Positions 8,703 through 20,000 of a stretch of DNA of 20,000 nt are shown in pieces. This DNA is from Folioceros fuciformis (lineage: Eukaryota), in NCBI GenBank assembly GCA_049999805.1, contig JBNGIO010006379.1:821177-841176 (forward strand). The letters are read 5' to 3'. Each line of letters opens with the position of its first letter. Position 1 is the stretch's first letter. Below the pieces are notes generated by a model. It made no database searches and had not been told where the DNA came from. It saw nothing but the letters and a program-made list of their open reading frames with translations. A program made the translations under genes and the position numbers.

Positions 8703-9639
8703 GGCAAGGTAACACTCCCCTCCCTGCCGCTGTCAGCTGAAAATGGGGAATCTAAACCAGAGAAGTAACGTTGTTACTTGTGTCATGCAGGTGGGCAGCT
8801 GGTATGTTGGAGCTGCACCGCCTCCACAAGTATTAACAAGCTCAGATACTATGTTGGCAAGCTTGGAGCGTTTGCCAATGTAAAGCGGACCAACGTCGTC
8901 TATGTTTGCTGTCTGGTATAAACACCTTGCTCTTCCATCCTACTGAAAGGTTTTCAAGGAAATGATCTCTCTCAATTCTCTGATCTTGCATCCCAATGTT
9001 GGTGCCTCAGGCGAAGTGAACAGATACGCGGTTATATAGGAGGAGTGTACAGCTGCTACTGCGGAAACAAGCCTGTGTGTTTGGCAACTTCCTATTGGCA
9101 GAGATTTTGTATCGCTACCTTGGGTTCTCTTCTTTTTGGGGATTCAATGGGCTTAAGATGGTGAGGACGATGGGATTTCCGAGAGGATGAGAGCACTCCC
9201 GGGGGTCCATCAGCCTCTCCTAGCCCGCGCCCTTGTTTCCGAAAGTCGACAATTTTGAAAGTGCTGGTAGATGGTTTTGTAATCAGTAGAATATAACGAT
9301 TTCAGTGCACTAAGGTTTTCCTGATGTGCTTCGACTTTACATGTTTGTTTTTACGGAACGTGTAGATATGTTGTAAAAGAGAGACGGGAAACATCCTGTG
9401 TTTCACGAAACGTGTTCTTTTCACAACTGTGGGATCCACTTCAAACCATCTACCATCACGGATGGTGTGATGGCGTACGCGGAACGTGTGATTTGGACGG
9501 TTCCACTCGGCGAAGTCCCTTCGATGACGAAAGGAAGCCCAGTTCGTCATGGATCCACTGGAAGGGTCTACGTCTAGCAGACGCCACGCCCCTGGCTCTG
9601 GCTCCGCAAAAAAAAAAGAATGCTGGCCAATATGTACTC

Positions 9640-10827
9640 TCAGCTGTCGTAGTAGAGACGCCGGATGTGCTCCACCTCAGCCGGGATCAGAGTTACTGGA
9701 CATCGCTTATACTGTGACACATATTTGAAGACACAAGGATAGCAGAAAACAAAGCCGGAAACGGACACCATGGTCGGATTTGTCCTCTTCTGCATGCACA
9801 GCGGACAAACCCTGGGGTCTGATGGTAACCCAATGCCATCGGCAGCGACCCTGGGGGCCGGAGGCGGGGGAGGAGGAGGGTAGATTGTCGGAGCCGACAC
9901 CCTCTGCTCTGCGGATTGATACCACCACTCCATCATCTTGAACAAGAAGACCGACGCGATGAGACCGGTGTGCGCATAGTCGAGAGTGTTATACGCGGCG
10001 CGGAGAAACCCTCGCTGCAAAGCCTGGGCAAAGGGAGGCCCAGGAACTCTCTGGAACTCCTGATCCCTTCTCTCCGCGATCTGCTTAGCGCTGTTAACGA
10101 GCTCCTGACCTGTTGTCCTGCGCACTATCAACTTCATGAAATGGAGACCCGGATTGAAGTAAGGAATGGCGTTGAGCAGGTAGAGAAGTTGGTAACCGAA
10201 GTTGCATCCTTCGCTGATGGCCAGAATCCACGGGTAACACCATGCCAGCAGAGAGATCCACCGGCTCTTCAGCCGCTCCCATGCGGAGAGCTCGTGCCCG
10301 AACCTCTGCGTCCTGGTGACATCAACCAAGTCCGACACCTCTCCGTCCAACATGTCCGCTTCACCGCCCGTCCATAACGCCGCCTGCAAGACCCCAGCCG
10401 TGTGCCGCCTGAACGCCGCCTGCAGCTTGGAATTGAGATACGGCAGGCCGACAAGAAAGAGCAAGGACTGCACCTTCTGCCGCCTTGTGAGACCAAGCGC
10501 AGCCGGAGCCGGTGCCGTGGCCACGGAATCACCACCGGCAGCCGCAAGGCCAGCCGAGCTCATCTCCACCGGTGATCGCCTCAGCCCGTACAGCGCCTCG
10601 GAGAAGGAGGCATCGTTGGTGCTCAGGCTATGCGACTCCAGCATAAGCATCAGCGCTGCAAACGACTCGTCACTGTGGTCCAGGACTCTGTGGAGTATCG
10701 GACTTCTCTGAGCCATGACTCCCAGGCAGTAGAGCAGCGCGGCCCGCAGACTGCCAGGCAGCAGCTGTGCAGCCACCATCTCGAAGAAGGTCGGGCGGAA
10801 GCCATCCCCGCCTACTTGCATCAACAT
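9640..10827 (-). CDS. PEX12: Peroxin 12 (peroxisomal RING-finger ubiquitin ligase subunit), intronless, 395 aa
   Basis: N-terminus MLMQVGGDGFRPTFFEM (plant PEX12 signature); SFSEALYGLRR; FKMMEWWY; poly-Pro; C-terminal degenerate RING CPLC...SGFVFCYPC...CPVT. ATG at 10827; the ORF track start at 10833 is a GTG. Confidence 0.95.
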   Translation of the reverse strand: MLMQVGGDGFRPTFFEMVAAQLLPGSLRAALLYCLGVMAQRSPILHRVLDHSDESFAALMLMLESHSLSTNDASFSEALYGLRRSPVEMSSAGLAAAGGDSVATAPAPAALGLTRRQKVQSLLFLVGLPYLNSKLQAAFRRHTAGVLQAALWTGGEADMLDGEVSDLVDVTRTQRFGHELSAWERLKSRWISLLAWCYPWILAISEGCNFGYQLLYLLNAIPYFNPGLHFMKLIVRRTTGQELVNSAKQIAERRDQEFQRVPGPPFAQALQRGFLRAAYNTLDYAHTGLIASVFLFKMMEWWYQSAEQRVSAPTIYPPPPPPPAPRVAADGIGLPSDPRVCPLCMQKRTNPTMVSVSGFVFCYPCVFKYVSQYKRCPVTLIPAEVEHIRRLYYDS

Positions 10828-11469
10828 CCTCACAAACTCAGTGGTTCGACCTCAAATTCACGCCATCCCCGACGATCCACCAACTTAAAATTTCACGGGC
10901 TGATCCCTCCACATCTGCGCACCAACGTCCCTCACACATCAAAGCACAAAACGAACATCCCCCAAGTGAAGCCATCTTAGGGCTCACGCATCGACCTACA
11001 AGAGGAAGGGAAAAATGGGTCTCCGTGATTCTTGAACGTTCTACTCGACTAACTACGCACCTAGTACCATTTATGCAAACCACAATATCGACAGAGAAAG
11101 GGTAATCGAAACTTCCCGATCACCAACGTAGGGTTGAAAATAACCATATATGCATATCCTCTCGGTCACAAGTCCGGATGCAAAACCCGCCAGATAAAAA
11201 AGCTGGCTCACCAAAAGGGCCAGGAACGACTCATTTAGGATGTCTGGGGTTAAGTGTCTTTGGTTGTACAGAGTGTGCATTGAAGAACGACTTCGAGATG
11301 GGTTAGCTGGGAGAATTATGCATTCGCTGTGCGCCTCGCTCCACTCCATCTGGAGTGGGGAGTCCATCTCCATTTTGGACGGGATTCTTGAACCGGGTTA
11401 CAAGTTTTCGGTCGCGGAAGGTCTAGGGCGTATACATCCCACAACAAGTTTGAACGCAAATAAGGCAAG

Positions 11470-13428
11470 CTATTTCTGCTCCAGAACTTTTTGGAGCAAT
11501 CGCAAAGCATCTCTGATAACAGCCGGAAACTCTGTTTGAGAGGGAGCTGATCCTGGCTCAGCGTTGGAATGGTCATACACGTCACACTCTGCTAAAATTT
11601 TCAACACAGTGCTCGACGATGCTACATTGCGACCTGCCCCAAACCCCATAGCCGTAGCTGCTCCAACTGCGTTTGCCAGGGCAAGAGTGGTCGCCACAGG
11701 AACTCCGCGTGTGTATCCGAGAACGATGGCAGCTGCAAAGCTGTCACCGCAGCCGACGGTGTCCTTCACCTCCACCTGCATTCAACGACACAAACCAATC
11801 AGAGAAGCTATGAAAGGGAGGCAAATTAAGTAAAACATGAATGTCTCAAGTACTCATTAGTTACACCAACTAAAGTGTGTATGTGATTCTGTTCCGGATG
11901 AAAAGCCCACCTCAAACCCAGGAAACGCGAACATTCCTTCAGCTGTTGCCAAGAGGCAGCCTCTAGCACCTAGCTTCACCACAACCCATTTGGTGTGCTT
12001 AGCCTGCTCAAGCAGAGATCGTGCAGCGGATCCCGGCTCAGAGATGCCGGTCAACGCCTCTGCCTGTTCGCAGATACGTGGTCAGTACTGGACTAGCAGC
12101 TCCCGTTTGAAAACCCCAACAACTGCTAACAGCAACACATAAAAGGCGGCCAGGTTGCAGCAATACCTCATCGTCGGTCAGTAGAATCACATCTGACATG
12201 CTCAGGAGTGTCTTCAGAGATTGCTGCTGCTCCGCAGTGCCTTGTTTTAGAGCTTTGCCTCTGGGTCCTGGATCGAAGAAAATGACAGACCCCGCTTGTC
12301 GAGCTCGTCTCACAATCTCTAAAACAACTGGAGGCGGCAGCTCGTCATACACAAATCCGTTGCAAAAAACTGCCCTGGTCCTCTGGACTAAGTCATCAGC
12401 TTCAGATGGAAGGCCACTAATCATGTTGAAGACAGGAGTCTGATTGTAATCGTAACGGCTGCAATAGGGCAAACACGCCGAGGCCTCCATTAGCCACCTC
12501 AGCTTACGGAGTGGTGGCGCCAGATGATGATCACGGCAACGCCCTGATTTCACACGAGTAAACGCACAGGCATATGTACAACGCTACCTGCAGAACGCAT
12601 GCCTCCTTTCCGGATCGACAAGCACCCAGCAAACAAGAGTGTTGCCGTCATAATTCTCTCCCAGCGTGCAGCCGTCACTCTCAATGCCCACCACATCCAC
12701 CCCCTCCTTCTGCAAAACGCGATGTAGGAAATGTCCGTATTCCTCCTGGCCCACATGCCCTAATGCCACACACTTCAGGCCGAGTCTGGCTGCTGCGATG
12801 GCAAAATTACAGTTCCCACCACCCTCCCAGAAAACCTGCAATGGGACAGCAAACAGCCCCTTGGTCAAACGTTCGCGCTGTGTGGATTGCCTGCAACCAG
12901 CAGCGAGCCAGCAAAGAGACGTGTTGCCGGAACACCCACCTCGTCAGGAGAACTCAGGCCCTGCACGAACGTGTACTTGTCTTCAGACGACGGCTTTGGC
13001 AGCTGCGGCACATTGACCAGAATGTCCACACACAAATTGCCCAGCGTCACCACCTCTACAGGCCCCGTCTTGGCGCCCCCGCCAGAGCGATCCCTCCTGC
13101 GCTCCAGTTCCCCGAGGAACGTGCCCAGGGTGGACCCAGCGCCGGGGACGTGGAGCACAGTTTTGGCAGAAGCTGGCGCCGCGGAGGCCTGCCCATCCTC
13201 GCCATACTTGAGCGAATCCACCACAAACCCAAAATCACAGCCACAACCCCGTCCCCACCCCCGCGACCCTGGCCGTACCAGCGGCCCAATCCTCAACCCC
13301 AGCCAGGGTGGACGCTCCGAGATGCCCCCAGCAGCTGACTGGGCCGCACAGTCCGGAGCTTCAGGTGCAATCAGCCAAGCCAGCGCCCCCGAGGGATGGC
13401 CTGTACGGCATGCAATTCCCTGAAGCAT
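11470..13428 (-). CDS. pfkB/ribokinase-family carbohydrate kinase (resembles At1g06730), probable plastid transit peptide, 5 exons, about 495 aa
   Basis: Exons 13428-12940, 12835-12588, 12458-12167, 12063-11911 and 11775-11470, all GT-AG and phase-consistent. Motifs TLGNLCVD, WEGGGNCN, FFDPGPRG, VVKLGARG and pfkB signature DTVGCGDSF...ANAVGA. Start context gccATG. Confidence 0.9.
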
Positions 13429-14501
13429 GGCGGCCAGGGCAGGAGGTCACCTGCCTCTACACACGCGATCAAAAACCCTTCCTCCACACCCACTCTGATG
13501 GTGATCTCCTGCGCAGGCGATCCGGGCACTCACGCCTCCTCCGCCCTAGGGCGGAAACCTGAGGGAATCCACGCATTGTCGTTAACACGAAATTCGGGTG
13601 AGCACCACCAGCAGGGGGGACGGTCTTTTGTTACATGGAACCTGGCGCAGAGCCACACGAGCCATACTTCAGGAAGCAAATGGGTAACGGGCCTTACGGA
13701 CGGGACGCGGCCGATCGGAACTGTGGAAGCTCGCCACGCGCGTAACCTCAGAGTACGTTCCTATAGTCGAGGAGTTACTGGCACCTCTCTTGCGTCAGCT
13801 TCCTCAGGTGCTGCCACCTTCCGTGCTGTACCTCATGGGAGGGCGCAAGGCCCACCATGTGTAGACCCCACTCCAACCTCAACCCTTACCACATCTTTCT
13901 CTTCATCTCCTCCTGATACGTTCGGATACTGTATATCGATCACCCTCTCCTTCCGTTGACGCGAAGATACTGTTCACTCTGCAGCCAACACGACCTCGTT
14001 ACCATTCTTACACTTACGGAAGGCAGTGGCTAAAGATCTGCGCTCGAGTAAGGGTGGTAACCAACGGAGGCACTGCGTCGGTGGCCTTTTTGCTGTTCCA
14101 AGGATCAATTCAAATCCTCCGGTCTACTACAACAGGTGGGTACTATTATATACGGGACATCCGGATATCACCTCACAATAATGTAAGTAAACGGAAGGGA
14201 TTGCGTAATGGGAGTTTCTATTAAAGATAAGAGAATCAAGCTTACGGTAGTTCTTTGGGTTCCTCCGTTTTGCAAGGGTCCCGCATTATAGCTAAGACGA
14301 ATCGAAGTCGACGGCAAGCCCATTCACCTGTCTGGCAGGTGGGAGCCACACTAGTTAGCAGATACGATCGGAGAGGTAAACACAACTTTAAGAGCGTGAT
14401 GAGGAACACGAGGTAAGGTAATCAAACCCATTTGCGGAGAGACTCGACGCATGGTTGTGCCCAGTGTGAGGATTGCATCAGGAGGCAACTGCGAAAATAT
14501 A

Positions 14502-16828
14502 CTAGTCATTGAAAACCTATATAGACAGCGAAACGACATTAGGTTCCTGGGCATCTGAAATGTTTGAGAAAATCGGAACGGAGGAATCCCAAGAGCTCAC
14601 CCAAGGAGTTTCGTATCCTCTGTCATCGACAAGCCCCAAGTCTTTCAGTCTTCGTTCAGCGTAGTATTCCAGCTTGTCGAGATTTGCCAAACGCTCTTCA
14701 AACCAAGTCTGCAACTCGCGGAGAACGCGCTTTTCACCAAGCCTTACTACTACAGCTATCTCCCTTCTAGAGCTTAACGAGCCTGAGTTCAATAGGTCTA
14801 CATCCTGGCAAGCCCAAGACGATCGTCAGTACGTCCTCATATTCGTGTGCTACACTTTTTGATAAGCGGATGTTCAACATAGCGCGACCTAAACTAGTGT
14901 CGACACCCGTGGAAAGATAGCACCCATTGGGACTCTGTCTTACCTCCTGAACGGAGGTGGAGTAGCCTGACAAGGCAGTCGAACAACCTTCCAGGATACT
15001 TCGACAGATGGCTTCTTCATTCTCTCGGCTTATCGGATACTGAAGATGCTCCCACACCGCATTCCGGAAAAGAGCCTGGCAGGCGTCATACTTAAGATTT
15101 ATGAAAAGCTGAAGAGCAGAGATGCATGTACGGATACTCTAGTCCAGAGTCTCAAAGCTGCACAACCATGTAACATAAAAATAGGAACAGAAGACAGGGC
15201 GTGAAGGAGAAACCAACAACAGCGACCCACCTCTAGATGGAATGCGTCAGCTCCGCCAAGCACAGTTAGCCTAAGAAAGGTCAACATATCTTCTGAGGGA
15301 CCTTCCCCTGCCACTAAATCGTAATACATAGTACTCTCCCGCTTGTTGACCTGGCATATGTCCAGCTTATCGTCCAGGAATCGATCAGATTCTGGGATTT
15401 CAAGGGTAAGCGTGAACTTGTCGCGAGAGGTACTTGGTGTTCCATTCAATCCCGTATCCCTTTCTACAAAGCCGTAGTCCAAAGCTAGTTGCGCATTGCT
15501 TTTATCTTGCCCGTATTGTATCAAAACCTGCATGTCGGAGACACAAGTTTCACATGAGAATGACCAGGATACAGCTGGTACCCGCAAAGCCTTCCAGCCC
15601 AACTACAGCAAATGGTCTAATACCTGCTCTCCAGTTCTGCAGCTAGACCCAGAACGAACGGCAAGCAGGCTCTGTTGGGAAAAAAAGCCTGCACTTTTCT
15701 TTTCCCAGCTGCTGCGTTCTTTCAAACCACTTCCATGGTTGACCTGCAACGAACAAGCTCAGTCCAGACCCAGACGGAACCGAACCCAAAAGACACGGAG
15801 CAGATCACCTACCAGGTCAGCGAAAGGAACCAAAGCAAGGTCATCGCCTGTCAGGGGAGCAAACGAACGTGATCGAAGCATCCCGAATGTCCAAACGAGA
15901 TCATTGAAGGTAATATCCTTGAGACCAGAATTTGACTTCTGCAACTCCTCTTTCAGTGCCTTGTACTCGCTCTCAACATACTCCTTGTACCCCAAGGCGG
16001 ATGTCATCAGCTGCGAGCCTGCTCGCACAAACCGAGCTCGCTGGTCAACCGCATACTTCAGCGGGAAAAGGTCAGAATGGACAGCACCCTTGTTGCTAGT
16101 CTCAAAGATGTGCCCACGCCACGCATAATCAGCTGTTCACCTTGAAGCTCTGCTAATTCTTCATCTGACCTACAGGCCCGCGACCACAACAAATATGGAG
16201 AATCAGCACCCTATGTTCCCGCCCGACTGAGCTCAAAATCCACAAGCTCCTGTCTCCACACTCACCAAAAGAGGGGCGAATCCAACTCATCCGGCAGCGC
16301 GTCTAGATAAGGACGCCACTTGGAATTCGGCACCGACTTCTCATGAAGAAGAAATAGCGCGATGGCGATCCACGGCTTCTTCCCCTCGCAAAGGCGCCCG
16401 ACTTCCCCACTGGCCCGGGCTGTGGCTGCATTTATCCACAACGCGGATGGCACAGCCAGCACCTCTTCTCCTTCCCCCACGCTTTTCTCTGCTACCAACC
16501 CCAAGCGTTCCGGCACAGAAGCAGGCCGCACGGCCCCACCGGCAACCCCGTTTTCGCGGAGCCACGTCCAGAGCCTCTGCACCTTCTCCTCCTGCGTGTC
16601 CACACACGGAAACAACCGATCCGTGAAGGCACTGCTTCCATTCCACAACCAGGCCCCTTTGACACCGGAACTGACCTGACTGGACACGGTAACAGTTGGC
16701 GCTTGTGTTGCTCGTAGGGCTACCACGCTTGACCGGCCCCGGCTTCTACTCCTGCTTGCTGTCGATGCGGGCAAGGAGCCGAAGTGCACGCTGCTGCGCA
16801 GTGCTGCTGCAGCTGCCATGGCCGCCAT
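14502..16828 (-). CDS. LSMT: Chloroplast SET-domain lysine N-methyltransferase (Rubisco LSMT / aldolase methyltransferase family), 9 exons, about 493 aa
   Basis: Exons 16828-16676, 16591-16266, 16169-16141, 16018-15813, 15743-15624, 15527-15231, 15075-14944, 14804-14601 and 14516-14502 (last exon least certain). Ala/Ser/Arg-rich transit peptide; motifs GLVAEK, WRPYLDALP...SPLFWS, LRSRSF, LVPFADLVNH, KSNAQLALDYGF, DAFHLEALFRN and LEYYAERRLKDLGL. Confidence 0.9.
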
Positions 16829-17003
16829 CGGAGTCGCTCCTTACCGAGCTCCTGTCCGGCGTAAAACGGAGCAGCCTGGTGTTGCAGGTACCGGTTTGCC
16901 TACCCGCTGAGTAGCCAACCCGGTCCTGTCTAGGTCCAGTTTGAATCTAGTATTTTGCCGCCCAAATAGCCCGAGATTGTGTGTAATAAGGGAAACCGGT
17001 GCT

Positions 17004-17039
17004 TGACGTACAGTACCAGGTAGCTTATCGTGACGTACA
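17004..17039. promoter_or_regulatory. Two TGACGTACA (ACGT-core, bZIP-type) motifs upstream of LSMT
   Basis: Identical 9-mers at 17004-17012 and 17031-17039, about 180-210 bp upstream of the LSMT ATG. Function is inferred only. Confidence 0.3.
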
Positions 17040-17588
17040 TACTAGGTGAGAACCTAGTGGGCAAAGCTGGTGGGGCCACGCGCTCGTTTGCGGAGTAGGC
17101 CTATGGACCTGAAATCCGCAAAAGATCTTCCACGCAGATGCTAATGATCAGGTCGTCAGGGCGCGACGTCCAACTGTGCAGCGATCCACCCCATCAATCG
17201 ACCATCTGCTCACACAAGTGTGGAGGGAAATTCAAAGACCGCCAAAGGCGATATGTAGTTCTCATCAGCATGGGCAGTAGCCTGTCAGGCTGACTGCCAC
17301 ACAAAAGCGGTAAAGACACAAGTGTTCACCAGTAGACAGCAGAGTACCCACTGACAACTACTGGAAGGAGCTAAATCTCACGGCCAGCTTACTGGAAATA
17401 TGTAGAACAACCAGCGGGGCTACTACTGGTTGTAAGTACTTGCGAGACGACATACTGTACAGAATTCTACTCTGGAGTTTAAAGTACAAGACAAGAAGGA
17501 CCAAAATTGACGAAGTAATGGAAGCGGTCATCTGGAGAAGCTTTGCTTCAAAAATGTAGAATACAGTTGGCGTCGGTCCTTGAACTCT

Positions 17589-20000
17589 TCAGTCGCACGA
17601 TCCCTCGTAATTCCCGCGTAGGATTGATATTTGGCCCTCCTTCACCATCACATCCTCATCCAGCTGGACCACCTTCCGTCTCAAGACCTCCACTTCGGCA
17701 CTCATTCTTAACGCTTCCCTACCCATCTCTTCTGCCTCCTGCTGCATGTTGTCCCTCTCCTTGGTTATCCTAGGAATCTCTTCCTTGAAAATGGTGAGCT
17801 GTTTCATCTGTTCATCGACCTGTGCTTGCAGCATGGTTATCTTCGCGTCCTTTTCCTTCACCTGCAAGTGAAAACAAGTCAACAGATGACAACAGTGCTG
17901 CGACCCTGTACTCGAAGCGGGTACTACACGCTAGGCAAGCCCATGTGTTGAGTGAGTATAGGAATCAGATGTCGGCACCTGTTGCTCGAGGATCTCCAGT
18001 CTCCTGTTCGCGTCTGCCAGCATTTTTCGAGTCTGCTGCAGCTCGTTCTGCAGCCAGTCTCGCCTTTGCACCAAAAGTGACAACTCCTTGTTGCTGTCTT
18101 CAATGTCAGCTTCTCTCGAACACAGTTTGTCTCGTAGTAACTTGCAGTTGAGCTCCTGCGCTTTCACCTCGTTCTTAAGCTCCCGGATGTTCTCGTTGAG
18201 CTAGAGGAAAAGACAAAAACTGACAATGGATCAAGACTGCGCGAGAATTCACTTCCTGCGTGAATGAAGTTCTAAGACGTCTTCCTCTTTTGTACAATTC
18301 ACAAGCTCCATACCTGATCAATTTCCTGCTCGTGCTCCAGTTTCACCTCAATCTCTTTTAACAGCTTCTGCTGCAACTCTTCAATCTCTTTGCCTTTCTC
18401 ATGGTATAACCGGAATAGCTCCTCGTTGTTCCCAGTCAGTCTGTGAATTCGTGCATTTTGACTGTCCACTTGCTTGGCCAGTTCACTAAGATTATCCTCC
18501 AGTCCTCGAATGACCTCTTCTCGCTGTTCACACTCAGTCCTTGCCTTTGCCACCTGAGATTCATGCTGAAGCAATTTGTTTGCCATCATTTCAGCCCTCT
18601 CGTTCATGATGTACAACTGCCGAGCAGACACCTGACATAACAATTCACATTAGAATGACCACATGCACCCAGAAGCGAGCACACTCTACCATGTGAGAGC
18701 AGGAGAAACAGACTCAGTGTTCAGGGCAGGCCATACGGCAGATATATGTGTACCTGCAGACTTTGCCGCAGTTCAGCTTGCGTTTGCTGAGCCTCCCTCA
18801 TTTGATTCTCTCTTTCCTTCACTTCCTCGCCAGTGGCAAGGACAGTTTTCTCCTTCATCGCAAGGATGCTTTGCAGCATTTGGTTTTGCTTGGCAAGAGA
18901 CTCAACCCTCCTCTCCAATCTCTGCACCTCTTGTAGATCCTTTTGCATGTCTTGTATTCTCGTCCTCTCCCTCCGAAGATCCTCCTGCAAACTCCTGTTT
19001 TGCTCTTCCACCCCGTTCATGCAGGACTCGGAGACCTTCAAAGCATCTCGAGCCTCTTCACGTTCTCGAAGGACAACCCTCAACTTCCCAGCAAGTATGT
19101 TGTTGTCCTGTCCCAATTCCACGATTTGGTTCTGCAAGCGCTCCACTTCCGCCCGATGATCCGCTTCAAACTTCTTCATCTGGACGGCCACATCCCTCTG
19201 ATCCCCCCGCAGCCTCTCCAACAACCCCTTGTTCTCACGCCTGAGCACAGTCGACTCGCCTCTGGAAGCCTCCAGTTCACTTCGCAAAGCTTGCTCCACC
19301 CCACTCAGTCGTATGAGCTCCTTCTGCAGCCGACGCACCCTGGCGTCCTCGTCCGACTTATCAGCGGCGTTCTTCAAGCCCTGCCGAAGGCCATGAACGC
19401 TTTTCTCATGATCTTGGCAGAGTTGGTGCAGTCTCTGGACCTGCTTGTGAAGGTCGGCGTTCTCCCCTTCCTTCTCCTTACAGGCTCTTCGCAGCAATTC
19501 CACATCCGCCTCCGTTTGACGAGCCTGCTTGAAACTGTCATCTAACGACTTTCTGAGATCCATGATGGTCCTCTCGGCGCCCTCCACTCTTTTCCTGTGC
19601 CCATCCATCTGCTGCTCAAATTCGCTCACCTTCTCCCGCAGAGCATTTTCCTTGTGATTCACATTCGCTAGCTCCCTCTGCAAGCCACCCTTCTCGTCCT
19701 CCAGCCCCCTGAGTCTATCACGCAACCAGTTCTCCTCCACCTGAATCTTTTCAAGCCTGGACCCCCAGGTGTTCTCCCGCCTTTCCAACTCCTGCTCTAA
19801 CGTGATTTGGGTCTCAAACTTCTCCCTTTCCATCACGGTCATGCAGGACTCCATTTCCTTCTTCATGAGGCTGAGAACCTCCTTCGCAGCCGCCCGTTCC
19901 GTCACCCTCCTCTTCACTTCAGCCGCAAAATCCTGCGCCAGACGTTTCTTCTCCTCGTGCATCCGCCTGAGACGCTGCTGCATCTTGATCCTCCACTCCA
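17589..20000 (-). CDS. Long coiled-coil protein, 5'-truncated by the window edge (resembles the plant At2g39300/At3g55060 family)
   Basis: Exons >20000-18754, 18631-18314, 18200-17979 and 17861-17589, joined by phase-0 GT-AG introns. Heptad-rich E/K/L/Q/R sequence; conserved-looking LEQELERRENTWGSRLEKIQVEE and C-terminal LDEDVMVKEGQISIL. Confidence 0.8.

Noticed and set aside
12524..12547. C-box (atgatga) and D-box (ctga) pair in a pfkB intron
   Set aside because: Far too closely spaced and antisense to the host intron; not a C/D snoRNA.
13640..13700. SRP-RNA-like words (cagagc, taacgggcc)
   Set aside because: Helix-8 consensus, Alu domain and long central stem are not present.
12574..13959. 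Long + strand ORFs opposite or upstream of the pfkB gene
   Set aside because: GC-rich antisense shadows with low-complexity translation.
14154..14163. gggacatccg (and gtcccttcg at 9515) resembling the plant U6 5' end
   Set aside because: Only 9-10 nt match; no ACAGAGA box or remaining U6 sequence.

Overview
Compact, gene-dense nuclear DNA from a land plant. Short GT-AG introns (about 80-160 nt), a plant cytosolic tRNA-Asp(GUC) and a PLS-class PPR protein with a 'PGxSWW' (WW-type) box point most plausibly to a hornwort (Anthoceros-like); this is inferred, not proven. Contents in order: an intronless bacterial-type YnfA/UPF0060 membrane protein gene (1-378); tRNA-Asp; T-rich tandem repeats and a CpG-free decayed retroelement-like block; a ~975-aa PLS-E1-E2-E+ PPR RNA-editing factor without the deaminase core; a two-exon BRCT protein; intronless PEX12; a 5-exon pfkB kinase; a 9-exon LSMT-type SET methyltransferase; and the 3' part of a long coiled-coil gene. 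The best leads are the bacterial-like YnfA gene, the WW-type truncated editing factor with a readable target code, and two unexplained structured non-coding segments (9429-9558 and 13994-14091). I see no clearly novel multi-gene system. Exon models were derived by hand from splice sites and phase, and homologies are recalled rather than searched.
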